Source: Chiloscyllium plagiosum
Lineage: Eukaryota
DNA length: 64,000 nucleotides
Direction: 5' to 3'
Assembly (NCBI RefSeq): GCF_004010195.1
Contig: NC_057754.1
Coordinates: 5,302,228-5,366,227 of the forward strand
A program made the translations under genes and the position numbers. Positions 22,431 through 35,226 of the stretch are shown here, one piece after another. How positions within the stretch are numbered: the stretch's first letter is position 1; every line of letters begins with the position of its first letter. Below the pieces are notes generated by a model. That model made no database searches, had not been told where the DNA came from, and worked only from the letters and a program-made list of their open reading frames with translations.

Positions 22431-25346
22431 TTGGGAGCCTCCTGTGAAGCGCTTCTGTGATCTTTCCTCCGGCATTTATAGTGATTTGTATCTGCCGCTT
22501 CCGGTTGTCAGTTCCAGCTGTCCGCTGCAGTGGCCGGTATATTGGGTCCAGGTCGATGTGCTTATTGATTGAATCTGTGGATGAATGCCATGCCTCTAGG
22601 AGTTCCCTGGCTGTTCTCTGTTTGGCTTGTCCTATAATAGTAGTGTTGTCCCAGTCGAATTCATNNNNNNNNNNNNNNNNNNNNNNNNNNNNNNNNNNNN
22701 NNNNNNNNNNNNNNNNNNNNNNNNNNNNNNNNNNNNNNNNNNNNNNNNNNNNNNNNNNNNNNNNNNNNNNNNNNNNNNNNNNNNNNNNNNNNNNNNNNNN
22801 NNNNNNNNNNNNNNNNNNNNNNNNNNNNNNNNNNNNNNNNNNNNNNNNNNNNNNNNNNNNNNNNNNNNNNNNNNNNNNNNNNNNNNNNNNNNNNNNNNNN
22901 NNNNNNNNNNNNNNNNNNNNNNNNNNNNNNNNNNNNNNNNNNNNNNNNNNNNNNNNNNNNNNNNNNNNNNNNNNNNNNNNNNNNNNNNNNNNNNNNNNNN
23001 NNNNNNNNNNNNNNNNNNNNNNNNNNNNNNNNNNNNNNNNNNNNNNNNNNNNNNNNNNNNNNNNNNNNNNNNNNNNNNNNNNNNNNNNNNNNNNNNNNNN
23101 NNNNNNNNNNNNNNNNNNNNNNNNNNNNNNNNNNNNNNNNNNNNNNNNNNNNNNNNNNNNNNNNNNNNNNNNNNNNNNNNNNNNNNNNNAGTATGCTGTC
23201 TTTGTTGATAGGTTCCCCGTCCTGTTGTCTGTTCTGTATGTCCAGCAGGTTGGCTATTGTTTCTCTGGCTAGGGTTTTGTCGATAGAGGTGAACAGTGCC
23301 GTTACATCGAATGAGACCATGATTTCTTCCTTGTCTATGTGTGTATTTCTGATGATGTCCAAGAATTCCTATGTTGACTGTATAGAGTGTCTGGATCCGC
23401 TGATCAGGTGTTTCAGTTTCTGCTGTAGCTCTTTAGCCAGTTTGTGTGATGGTGTCCCTGGTAGTGATACAATGGGTCTGAGTGGGATGTCTGGTTTGTG
23501 TACTTTTCAAAAACCACCAATCAGGAATGGACCCGGACCACAGAACAGGCCGTCACCATAGGAGAGTACAGGACCACACACCGCAAAAAAACGGCACTCA
23601 AAGAAAAATTGGCCAAGCTAATACACAACAGAGAGGACACCACAACACACACCTGGGTTAGAAACCTCTCCCACAGACAGCTCACAGACACGGAAAGAAC
23701 AATACTGGCCAAGGGGCTCAACTATAACCACAGGGACGCCAAGACAGCAGACTTCCTAGCAGCACTAGAATGCACACTCAGGAACAATGGACTGACAGAA
23801 GAGACACAACAAACAGTGAGACAAAGTATCGTACCTCTGATAACAAGGAAAAGACAAACACATAACCTCAACACCAAGGAGAGGGAAGCACTAAATCACT
23901 AAGAAACGATAAGAACATAATCATACTACCAGCAGACAAAGGCAGAATGACGGTCATCCTGGACAAAGCAGACAACATCCAATAAACGCAACATCTACTT
24001 GCAGATACCAACACCTACCAAAGAGAGAGTTTGACCCCACCCCACAGCTCACCAATAGGATAAACAACACACTGAGGAACCTACAAAAAAACAGACAGAT
24101 AACCAGGTTTGACCTACAAGGAATGAAACCTGAAAGCAACACCACTCCCAGATTCTATGGACGACCTAAAGTGCACAAACCAGACATCCCACTCAGACCC
24201 ATTGTATCACTACCAGGGACACCATCACACNNNNNNNNNNNNNNNNNNNNNNNNNNNNNNNNNNNNNNNNNNNNNNNNNNNNNNNNNNNNNNNNNNNNNN
24301 NNNNNNNNNNNNNNNNNNNNNNNNNNNNNNNNNNNNNNNNNNNNNNNNNNNNNNNNNNNNNNNNNNNNNNNNNNNNNNNNNNNNNNNNNNNNNNNNNNNN
24401 NNNNNNNNNNNNNNNNNNNNNNNNNNNNNNNNNNNNNNNNNNNNNNNNNNNNNNNNNNNNNNNNNNNNNNNNNNNNNNNNNNNNNNNNNNNNNNNNNNNN
24501 NNNNNNNNNNNNNNNNNNNNNNNNNNNNNNNNNNNNNNNNNNNNNNNNNNNNNNNNNNNNNNNNNNNNNNNNNNNNNNNNNNNNNNNNNNNNNNNNNNNN
24601 NNNNNNNNNNNNNNNNNNNNNNNNNNNNNNNNNNNNNNNNNNNNNNNNNNNNNNNNNNNNNNNNNNNNNNNNNNNNNNNNNNNNNNNNNNNNNNNNNNNN
24701 NNNNNNNNNNNNNNNNNNNNNNNNNNNNNNNNNNNNNNNNNNNNNNNNNNNNNNNNNNNNNNNNNNNNNNNNNNNNNNNNNNNNNNNNNNNNNNNNNNNN
24801 NNNNNNNNNNNNNNNNNNNNNNNNNNNNNNNNNNNNNNNNNNNNNNNNNNNNNNNNNNNNNNNNAGACTACTGCGACCACTAGGACTCATAACAGCACAC
24901 AAACCAACAGCCATTCTCAGACAACAACTCACCAGGACAAAGGACCCGATACCCAGCATGAGCAAGACCAATATAGTGTACAAAATCCCATGCAAGGACT
25001 GCACAAAACACTATATAGGACAAACAGGAAGACAGCTAACGATCCGCATCCACGAATACCAACTAGCCACGAAACGACACGACCAGCTATCCTTAGTAGC
25101 CACACACGCAGATGACAAGCAACATGAGTTTGACTGGGACAACACTGCTATTATAGGACAAGCCAAACAGAGAACAGCCAGGGAATTCCTAGAGGCATGG
25201 CACTCATCCACAGATTCACATCGATCTGGACCCAATATACCGGCCACTGCAGCGGACAGCTGGAACTGACAACCGGAAGCGGCAGATTCAAACCACTACA
25301 AATGCTGGAGGAAACATCACAGAAGAGCTTCACAGGAGGCTCCCAA

Positions 25347-25386
25347 GCACTGAGGATGTCACCTAGACAGAGGACGAAAAGTCTGC
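25347..25386 (+). ncRNA. Second hammerhead motif copy (stem III mutated, GAAAAGTC)
   Basis: GCACTGAGGATGTCACCTAGACAGAGGACGAAAAGTCTGC. Confidence 0.55.
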
Positions 25387-27822
25387 AACACAAATTCCCA
25401 GCTCGGCGAACAGAATTACACATGGGATGTGGACATTGTTGGCTGTGCCCAGCATTTATTATCCGTCCCTAGCTGCCCCCTTGAGAAGGTGGTGGTGAGC
25501 TGCCTTCTTGAAATGCTGTAGTCCGTGTACTGTAATGTTTCAATAACACCACTCCCATTTTTCTAAACTCTAATGGATGGAAGACTAACCTCTCCGACCT
25601 CCCCTTGTAAGATAACAAGCCAAACTCAGGCATCAGGTCAAATGAACTTTCTTGAACTACCCAGAACTGGTCGGATCCTGAACGACATATCTGCTAGACT
25701 TGATCTGTGGCAGGTGGTGAAGGAACCAACAAGAGGGAAAAACATACTTGACATCATCCTTATTGATCTGCAGATGCATCTGTCCATAACAGTATTGCTA
25801 TGACTTTGTACCACAAAGACTCCATACCCTTTGTGGAGATTACGTCCCACCTTCGCATTGAGAATACCCTCCATTGTGTTGCGTGGCACTATCGCCGTGC
25901 TAAGTAGGACAGACTTCAAACAGATCTAACAACTCAAGACTGGGCATCCATGAGGCACTGTGAGTCATCAACAGCAGCAAAACTGTACTCCAGCACAATC
26001 TGTAACCTCAAGGCCCAAAATAACCCCCACTCAACCATACCATCAAGCCAGGGAATTGTTGTTTTGTAAGTTTTTAATTTGGCTACTTAATAGGAAATCT
26101 CTTAGGTAATCAAATACTGAAACAACGATTTAAACTTGAAATAAGACCCCTCAAGTAAGCAAGTTACACCTCACAACTCAACTTAGCAATTACCCGATTA
26201 ATGGTGGAATTTAGCTATGATTCCAACCAACGGTGATCTGTCTCTGGTGTTCAGGGTTTGATCCTTAAGCAGTGTGGTCCTTCAAAGTTCTGCTGCTGAA
26301 TAACTCCTGAGTGAATTCCGGTACAATTTTCTCTCTTTCATGTTTGTAGTGTGATGTTATGAATGATGCTTTAGATTCTTTCATTCCCAACACTGATTAC
26401 ATGTCTAGAGAGCTCAAATCTGTAGCTTGCCACCTTATCAGAAGCAGCTCCCCTGTCCCTTGTCACATTCAGTGCTGGCTTCCGTTTGAAACATAGCCTG
26501 TTCTGCATTGAACCCCTTTACCTCAAAACCGGTTCGTGTGGACTTGTTGGGCCGAAGGGCCTGTTTCCATACTGTAGGGATTCTATTCCTTTTGCTTGAA
26601 TCTTTATTGCCCACTTGTCACCAGGCAGCGCACTATCAAGCAATGTTACCTCCCCTTTCCCAGGAAACAGCTTCGAATTCTCCTTCCCGGGGATGGCTTA
26701 TTAGCATGCTGTTTTTAATTCCTTAATAGTTTAGTCCAGAGAGTGGCATTGCTAATTCTTTCAATCCACAAACGTTCTGAAGTTTATGGTATCACAGGTT
26801 CAGTGGAGAGTACAGGAGGAGACATGCCAGGAGCAGCACTGGGGAGAACCAAACATCAGGTAAAGCTACCAAACAGGACACCTGGCATCCCAAACAGCAT
26901 GAGCAGAGTGCGAGAGACAGAGCTAAGCGATCCCACAAGCGACAGATCAGAGCTAAGCTCTGAGGTCCTGCCACATCCAGTCGTGAATGATGGCGGACAA
27001 TTAAGCTTGAGGGTACACTTGGCTGACACCAGGTTTTGACCCTCACTTGACATTTCACCCTTTGTGTCAGTGCCGCAAACGTTGGCTTTGATTCTGAAAG
27101 GTCCTTGGAGTCCATTGGCTGTACATTGCGCTATGTATTAACATCCCTTACCTGGGAGCGGGAGGTCTTATCGCCATCCTATAGCTCCCAAACTAACATT
27201 ACTCCAACTCTGTCCTCCTCACTGCACACCTGCTTCATCATTACTGAAACAGGGCTGCCGTAACATTGGTCACTCTGGGCCATTCCAAACCATTCCGACA
27301 CTGTTTGGAGCTGGCTCGTGTCCTTTTCATTGTTGGACATGGTTTCAAATCTTCAGGCCTTCAGAAACTGTCCGTCCTGCAAAACGTTAGACACCCCCAA
27401 GGGAGGGAGTGAACGGCATCAGAGCTGTTGTGTCCTTTCAACTCTGCGGCTACTGTTTCAGGTCTTTCCAAGATGCACTGGGGCTGCTTAGGTTGGTCGT
27501 GCAAAGTGTTAACTTGTTTCCCTCTGTGTAGGATCACGTTAAAGATTAAAACATTCCTCTGTGTCCCTGTGATAATCCCTGTTTCAATCCTTATTTGTGT
27601 TGTTATGGGTTGATTTTCAAGTTGAGCCTCTAGAAAGGGTTCAGGATAGTTTCTGCCTTTATTGAGCATTAATTCTCCACAACAATTCACTTCCTTTTTA
27701 AACAGTCCGATTGCCAATTCCTCTGGAGGGAATTGGCCTAATTCTGGGATTGAAGTGGTTACTGAGAGCCCTCAGCGTGACACTCCGACGTTCTTTCCTG
27801 AAGCTGCTGTCATTCTTGTAAG

Positions 27823-28358
27823 CTAGAAGATAAGCAGTAGGGGCAGGAGTAGGCCATCTGACCCATCGAACCTGCCCCTCCGTTCAATAGGATCAAAGTT
27901 GATCTTTTCGTGGCTGCAGCTCCACTCACCCGCCCATTCTCCATAACCCTTAACTCCTTTACTGTTTAAAAATCTGTCTGAATTTGCCTGAAAAGCATGC
28001 AGTGAGGTTGTCTCACAGGGAAGGGGAATCCACATTCACAACCCTTTGGGTGAAGAAAGTCCCCCCCCCCCCCACCCCGCCACCCCTCAACTCAGTCCTA
28101 AATCTGCTCCCCCTTACTTTGAGGCGATTCCCCCTTGTTCTACTTTCACCCACCAGTGGAAACAACCTCCCTCCTTCTGTCTTATCTATTCCCGTCATTT
28201 GATATATTTCTGAGATTCCCCCTCTCCCCCCCCTCATTCTTCTACATTCCAATGAATACAATCCCAGTCTACTAAGTCTGTCCTCATAAGCCAACCCTCT
28301 CAACGCCGGAATCAATCTCGAGAACCTCCTCTGCACCTCCTCCAGGGCCAGTCCATCC
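27823..28358 (-). mobile_element. CR1 3' fragment, host of the LTR element (continues 31487-31540)
   Basis: ALEEVQRRFSRLIP...FFTQRVVN; sequence resumes after the 3' LTR. Confidence 0.85.
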
Positions 28359-31300
28359 TGTGACAATGCTCCTCCTTTAACAAGGTTACACTGTCCTTGG
28401 ATTCTTTTTCAGAGAGTTTGTGAATGACACAGACTCCGAAAAGTCTGGGGGTTGAAGGGTTTTAGAGCCAATTTGATAATAGTTAAGAGACTGACTCAGG
28501 CAAAAGGCTTTCGAGTTCTAAAACAAACACTTGCACAATGAAAGGGGAGTGGCCAGTTCTCCCAGCTCACCTTCTTTCTGGCTTTGGTTTTGTTTCTCTT
28601 TAGCAGTAATTTCGGAAAAGCTGCTGGACCCACAGAAGCAGGTCGAGGCTGGGACTCTCTCTCTCTCTCTCTGACGTCTCTCCCGTAAGACCCCGTGTTT
28701 GATTTTACCTTTTGTGCCAAGGCGTCTTTGTGGGGATTGTTGCAAGTATTTGGAACAGCATCATTAAGTTGGGATGACCTGTTGGGCTTTCGGATCGGTT
28801 AAATTATTCACCATTCTGTTTTCTGTTGTTTGTATTTCATGCGGTAATCTTGTAAAATAAACTCCGTTTTGTTTAAAACTAAGTGGTTTGACCAGCTGAT
28901 CCTCCCCTGGAATATCCACTTTACACCTGCTTAAAACAACTGGGAAAGGTGGGGTCCGGGCCACTTTCTTCCAATGTTTTGAGGGGGTCTGGCCTGGTCC
29001 ATAACAGACTGGGGGCTCTTTGCTGGATTTGTTCTGTAATTCCAAATTGGGATTAGGGTTGCTGGACTCAAAGGCAGCAAGTGGTAGGTCTTCCGTGTCT
29101 TTTGTCCTGCGTGTTGACATTGGTTGGTTTACACACTGCCTTGGGACGCTAATGGTTCTTTCAGTCACCAAGAGGGTGGAAGAAGTGACTTTGAGGGTTT
29201 TACAAAAGTTGATTCAGGCCAAGCTGCTGGAATTAGCAGACAAGCTGAGGTTGGAGCTGCCTCCTTCCTTAAAGAAAGGAGAGGTGATTATCACAGTAGC
29301 TCACCATTTTAATTTGCTGGAAACGCCATCAGAATATTTAGAGATGGCTAAAATTCAATTGAAAAGGAAGCAGCCTGAGTTAGAGGCAAAAGGCAAGGAA
29401 TTACGATTAAAAGCAGAGGAATGAGAAAAGAAAGAAAGACAGGGAGACTAGATGCCCTACAGTGTGGTAACAGGCCCTTCGGCCCAACAAGTCCACACCG
29501 ACCCTCTGAAGAGTAACCCACCCAGACCCATTCCCCGACATTTACCCCTGACTAATCCACCAAAACAATGGACAACTTAGCACGGCCACTTCACCTGGCC
29601 TGCACATTTCTGGGTTGTGGGAGGAAACCTGCACAGACACGGGGAGAATGCTCAGACAGTCACCCGAAGCAGGGGATCAAACCTGGGTCCCTGGTGCTGT
29701 GAGGCTACAGTGCTAACCACTGAGCCACCATGTTCCCCCACGGTGGCTCAGTGGTTAGCATCGGTGTTTGAACGTCAGAAGTTGGCACTTAGACAGGAGT
29801 TCAAAAATTCACTACCTGAGGTAGGGAAAACTCGTGGAAGAGCAGAGAGTTTAAACAGCAAGATTAAGTGGCTGAAGTGGCTGATGATTATGAGTTGGTG
29901 CATAAATCAACGTTTGACTTCCAGAATCAATTTCAATCCGTGAGGGATAGAAATTGGGGGAAAAGAGAAACCCTGACGTGGAAAGGGAAAGGTAGATCTC
30001 GGTGAAGATCATAAGGGTAACTTAGCACAGTGTAAAAAGGAAACCCTTGAAGGGGACAGAGAAGTTAAAAAGCTCTGGTGTTATCACTGCAGTAAACTAG
30101 GCCACATGAGATCATAGTGTTGGTGGATTAGGAAAAGCACTGGGAAGCCAGATGTAGGAAAGCAGGATAAGCCAGGGAATTTTGTTGGAGTGGTAATGGA
30201 AAGCACAGTGGAGGCGGGAAAGCTGCACCAGAATGTACGAGCTGGTCGGAGGTTGGTTAAGGAGGAAGTGCCAGATCTTCACAAACCATATACCTACAAA
30301 GGTAAAGCTTACTCACATAGGCCATGAGCAGCAGGTAAAGAGGTGACGCTATTAATGGACACAGGATCTTCCCAGTCTGTGATGCTGAAAGATTAGGAGA
30401 TATGTCCTTCTGAAAGACTTTTGCCAGAAAAGGCACGAGTAACGGGAATTCATGGTGAGATAATACATATGTAAAGTGAGATTAGAGTGCTCCAGTGAAG
30501 AGTGGAGAAGTCGTGGTGGGAGTACTGGACAATCTTTCAGCTCCAGGAATACAATTTGTCCGTGCTAACGATATAGCTGATTCACCGGTAGGCGTGCTGC
30601 CTACTGTGGTTGAAAGGCCAGTGAAAACTCAGGCAACTGAGCTATTGCAGGACACATATCCTGGTCATTTTCCTGACTGTATGGTAACGAGGTGCTGTAC
30701 ATCTCGATGACTCTATGTTTGCACTTCTATAGTCGATGTAATGTATATATGTGTTTTTGAGTACCATAATTTTCTTAAAATAAACCCATCTTTGGATTGT
30801 GATGGTTCATTTCTTTTTATGGGAGGAGGTGTGACAAAGCTGCTCCTTTAACAAGGTTACACTGTCCTTGGTTTTCTTTTTCAGAGAGATCATAAATGAC
30901 ACAGACTCTGACACATCTGGAGGTGGAAGGGTTTTAGAGCCAATTTGATATTAGCTACCTGAGACTGACTCAGGCAAAAGGCTTTCGAGTTTTCAAAAAA
31001 AACACTTGCACAATGAAAGGGGAGTGGCCAGTTCTCCCAGCTCAGCTTCCCTCTGGCTTTGTTTTTGTTTCTCTTTAGCGGTAATTTCGGAAAAGCCGCT
31101 GGACCCACAGAAGCAGGTCGAGGCTGGGACTCTCTCTCTCTCTCTCTCTCTGACGTCTCTCCTGTAAGACCCCGTGTTTGATTTTACCTTTTGTGCCAAG
31201 GCGTCTTTGTGGGGATTGTTGCAAGTATTTGGAACAGCATCATTAAGTTGGGATGACCTGTTGGGCTTTCGGATCGGTTAAATTATTCACCATTCTGTTT

Positions 31301-31486
31301 TCTGTTGTTTGTGTTTCATGCGGTAATCTGGTAAATGAATTCTGTTTTGTTTAAAACTAAGTGGTTTGACCAGCTGATCCTCCCCTGGAATATCCACTTT
31401 ACACCTGCTTAAAACAACTGGGAAATGGTGGGGTCTGGGCTACTTCCTTCCAATGTTTTGAGGGGGGTCTGGCCTGGTCCAGAACA
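28359..31486 (+). mobile_element. Internally deleted Gypsy (Gmr1-like) LTR retrotransposon
   Basis: Two highly similar LTRs (28359-29006, 30830-31486) with TG..CA ends; 4-bp TSD ATCC (28355-58 and 31487-90); tRNA-Pro-like PBS TGGGGGCTC at 29010; PPT GGGAGGAGG 30821-30829; gag remnant (LLELADKL..., QEFKNSLPEV); zinc knuckle CYHCSKLGHMRS*C at 30079-30120; protease LMDTGSSQS around 30352-30378; no RT or integrase. Inserted into a minus-strand CR1 fragment. Confidence 0.9.
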
Positions 31487-32198
31487 ATCCTTTCTCAAGT
31501 AAACAGACCAAAACTGTACACAGGTGTGACCTCACTGTACAACCAGTTTTCAAGCAATGAAGCCAGCTCTTCTGCTGGTCCAGCCTCTCACCAGTAAGTA
31601 CCTTGTTGTCCTTCCCTGCCTCAGCTCGGGATCATGTTGCCTTACTACCAATTCCTCTTAATATTGGGAGATCCTAGCTGCCAAAGTTACCCACAAGCGA
31701 GTGCAAAATCTGCCCGGAGGGTCAAAATAATTCCAATGTCTCGCTAGGTGACATCTCCGCTCTGCTATTTGTATTGCTGGATTCAAATGATCACATGGGT
31801 GTGCATTTCTTTCCAGGTATTAAAAAAAAAACAATTGATTTATTGGAAGCTGGCTCCACTGTTGAAGGGTGAGGAGCTGCTGCAGTATGGGCAGATGGTG
31901 CATGAACAAGATAATGTCTCACTCCCTTGTCACCATTACATCAGCTATCCCCATTCCTCTGCCGTGAGCCACTGGTTTTATCTGTCTCCAATCCAATGAA
32001 TTCAGTTGTTCCCACGAGCAAGTTGAACTCCCGAAGCCCAGCATCTTGCGTTAGAATTCAGGGCACGTGATGACACTTTTGCCTCCAAGATCTGGACTTA
32101 AGTAAGAGGCAGCTAGGGGCAAACCCCACAGAATGGAAATTTGAATCATTTACAAATCTTTAATTTCTTTTATTCCGAACACTAGCCTGGTTGAGAAG

Positions 32199-32211
32199 GG
32201 TTAATCATTAA
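32199..32211. promoter_or_regulatory. Candidate HNF1 binding site
   Basis: GGTTAATCATTAA matches the GTTAATNATTAAC consensus, in unique sequence 2.6 kb upstream of the SLC22 ATG. Confidence 0.45.
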
Positions 32212-32534
32212 GATGCTCGGTGAGTGAATATACAGAACACGGATACTTCTACCAACTTGATTTTGCATGTTGTCCTGTCACAAACAAGTTAAAATGCAAA
32301 TTCAGCCCAGCTCGTTCATGCCAACGAAAGATCTGCAGATGCTGTAAATCAAAGACAGAAATTGCTGGAAAAGTTCAGCGGGTCCGGGCAGCATCAGTGA
32401 ACAGAAATCAGAGGTTACAATTCGGGTCGTGTGACCTTGCCTCTGAACATATCTCAAAAAATTAACTCTGATTTCTCTCCACAGCGGCTGCCAGACCTGC
32501 TGAACGTTTTCAGCAATTTCTTTTCACTTTGCCA

Positions 32535-34360
32535 AGCTAAAACCAGTCCCACCTGCCTGCTCCTGGCTCATATCCATCCAAACCTTTCCTACTCATGTAC
32601 TTATCTAAATGTCTTTTAAATGTTGTAATTGTACCCACATCCACCACTACCTCTGGAAGTTTATTCCACACACGAACCACCCTCTGTGTAAAACATTTGC
32701 CCCTCAGGTCTTCTTTAAATCTCTCTCCTCTCACCTTAAAAATGCGCCCTCCAGTCTTGAAATCCCCGACCCGAGGGAAAGGACAACTGCCATTAACTCT
32801 ATCTATACCCCACATTATTTTATAAACTTCTATCAGGTCACCTCTCGATCTCCGACCCTCTGGTGAGGAAAGGTCCCGGCCTATAACAGCCTTCCTTTAT
32901 AACTCAAACTCTCCATACCCGGCAACATCCCGGTAAATCTCTTCCGAACCCTCTCCAGCTTAATAATATCCTTTCTGTAATACAGCAACCAGAACCAGGC
33001 ACAGTATTGGCAAGAGGCCTCACTCATGTCCTGTATAACCTCAACATGACGTCCCAACTCCAATACTCAAAGGACTGAGTAATGATGGCAAGTGTGCTAA
33101 AAGCTTTCTTAACCACCCTGTGGTGCAAACTTCACAAAGAATTATGTACCTGTACCCCTGTGTCTCTCTGTTCTAAAACACACTCATTTGTCATTTATAT
33201 AAATGATTTGAATGAGAATATTGAAGGTGTGGTTAGTACGTTTGTGGATGACACCAAAACTGGTGGCAGTGAAGATAGCAAAGGGATATTGATCAAACGG
33301 GGTCATTGGACTAAAAAATGGCAGCTAGAGTTCAATCTGGATAAATGCAAAACAAACAAGGGTAAGGCTTATACAATTAATGGTCGGGCTGGCACGGTGG
33401 CTCAGTGGTTGGCATTGCTGCCTCACAGCACCAAGGTCCCAGGTTCAATTCCAGCCTTGGGCGACTGTCTGTGTGGAGTTTGCACATTCTCCCAGTGTCT
33501 GCACAGGTTTGCTCCCACAGTCCAAAGATGTGCAGGTTAGGGTGGATTGGCCGTGCTAAATTGCCCATAGTGTTAGGTGCATTAGTCAGAGGGAAATGGG
33601 TCTGGGTGGGTTACTCTTCGGAGGGTCAGTGTGGACTGCTTGGGCCAAATGGCCTGTTTCCACACTGTAGGGGATCTGTCTAAAATGGGCCTGGGATTGT
33701 GTTGCATAATTCTTTGAAGTTTGCGTCACAAGTACACAGGGTGGTTAAGAAGGCGTTTAGCATGCTTGCCTTCATTGCTCAGAGCTCATGTTAAGGTTGT
33801 ACAGGACTGTTGGTGAGACCTCTTCTGCAGTATTGTGTTCAGTTCTGGTCGCCCAGTTATAAGAGGGGTATTATTAAACTGGAGAGGGTTCAGAAAAGAT
33901 TTACCAGGATGTTGCCGGGAATGGAGGGTTCGAGTTATAAAGAAAGGCTGGATAGGTTGGGGCTTTCTTCATTTGAGTGTAGGAGGTTGAGAGGTGAACT
34001 TGTAGAAGTTTATATAATAATGAGAGCTATATATAGAGCAAATGGTAATTGTCTTTTCCCTAGGTTTGGGGATTTCAAGACTAGGGGCCACATTTTTAAG
34101 GTGAGACAGAAGAGGTTTAAAAAAGACATGAGGGGCAAATATTTTACACACTTGCACGTGGAATGACCTTCCTGAGGAAGTGGAGGACGCGGGTGCAGTT
34201 ACAATATTTAAAAGACATTTGGATAAGGACATGAACAGGAAAGCGTTTGGAGGGATATGGGCCGGGAGCAGGCAGCTGGGACTAGTTTAGTTTGGGATTA
34301 TGGTCGGGATGGACTGACTGGACCGAAGGGTCTGTTTCTGTGCTGCATGACTCCATGACT
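32535..34360. mobile_element. Head-to-head CR1 fragments (minus 32535-33180, plus 33181-34360), the plus copy interrupted by a SINE (~33390-33680)
   Basis: Same RT-tail peptides on both strands. Confidence 0.85.
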
Positions 34361-34599
34361 CCTCAGTCTTGATACCAACAGTGGACAAAATGTGCTTATT
34401 TAAAGCAGGTCTGAATTTCCTCTGTACCAGTACCCAATATGTCCAAAACAGTGTGTTGATGTTGGGCGGGGGGGGGGTGGCAAGGTGGGTACATCAAGGT
34501 TGGCGTGACTAAGCAATTTTGGCATGATTTAAACTGCTCCATTCAGTTTCCTCAAGGTGGAGTCAGACAAAATTGGGTCCACGGTTCTGTACCATGTTC

Positions 34600-34821
34600 C
34601 TCAATATTGACCTCAACCCTGTGTGTGGAAAAACAAACAATGGGAGTTGGGCAATTTAGCCTAAGAAAAGTAAATCTGTTATCATCCGATTAAACATTAC
34701 TTAAATCTACGAATGCCGCAGTAATCCTGAAAACTTTAAGTTTCTTCACCAGTATCATGATCTCTCAGTCCCCAACAGCTTCTCTGTAGGTCGCCGTCTG
34801 TCCTGCCAGTCAGACGGAGCT
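34600..34821 (+). promoter_or_regulatory. Probable SLC22 proximal promoter / 5' UTR
   Basis: Unique sequence with a DR1-like TGACCTCAACCCT (34608-20) and an HNF1-like GATTAAACATTAC (34688-700). Confidence 0.4.
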
Positions 34822-35226
34822 ATGGGCTTTGCCGATATCCTGGAGAGGGTCGGGAGCGTTGGAAGGTTCCAAGTCATCCACATTTGCATGCTGTCCTTCC
34901 CAGTGCTGTTCATGGCTAGCCACAACATCCTTCAGAACTTCGTGGCCATAGTGCCCGACCATCACTGTCGCGTCCACTTAATGGGTTTGAACGGATCAAG
35001 GTATGTGAACATCACAGGCCAGCCGCAGATGGAAGGGCTGCTCCACGCCTTCATCCCCCTGGACCAGGATCAGCAGCCGGAGCGATGCCTGGTGTATTCC
35101 TCACCCCAGTGGCATCTCCTGAACCTCAGCGAGATCCAGGGCAACGCCACGGAGCTTGGCACTCGGACCTGCCCGGACGGCTGGACATACGACACGTCCA
35201 GGTTCAAAGCCACAATCGTTTCAGAG
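34822..35226 (+). CDS. SLC22A6-like: SLC22 exon 1 (TM1 and large extracellular loop)
   Basis: ATG at 34822; 135 codons ending ATIVSE|gtacgc; loop has conserved Cys (HHC, ERC, TCPDGW) and four N-glycosylation sequons (NGS, NIT, NLS, NAT). Confidence 0.95.

Larger units (their letters stand above)
22316..25415. mobile_element. Penelope-like retroelement: inverted pair of partial copies (minus 22316-~23504, plus ~23505-25415)
   Basis: RT motifs FYGRPKVHKPDIPLRPIVS and MVSFDVTALFTSI; GIY-YIG endonuclease IVYKIPCKDCTKHYIGQTGR; both ends carry the same 3' terminus in opposite orientation; flanking direct repeat TTACACATGGGAT (22303-15, 25416-28). Confidence 0.9.

Noticed and set aside
16375..25269. 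Long ORFs of 190-370 aa in the track
   Set aside because: Their length comes from runs of N.
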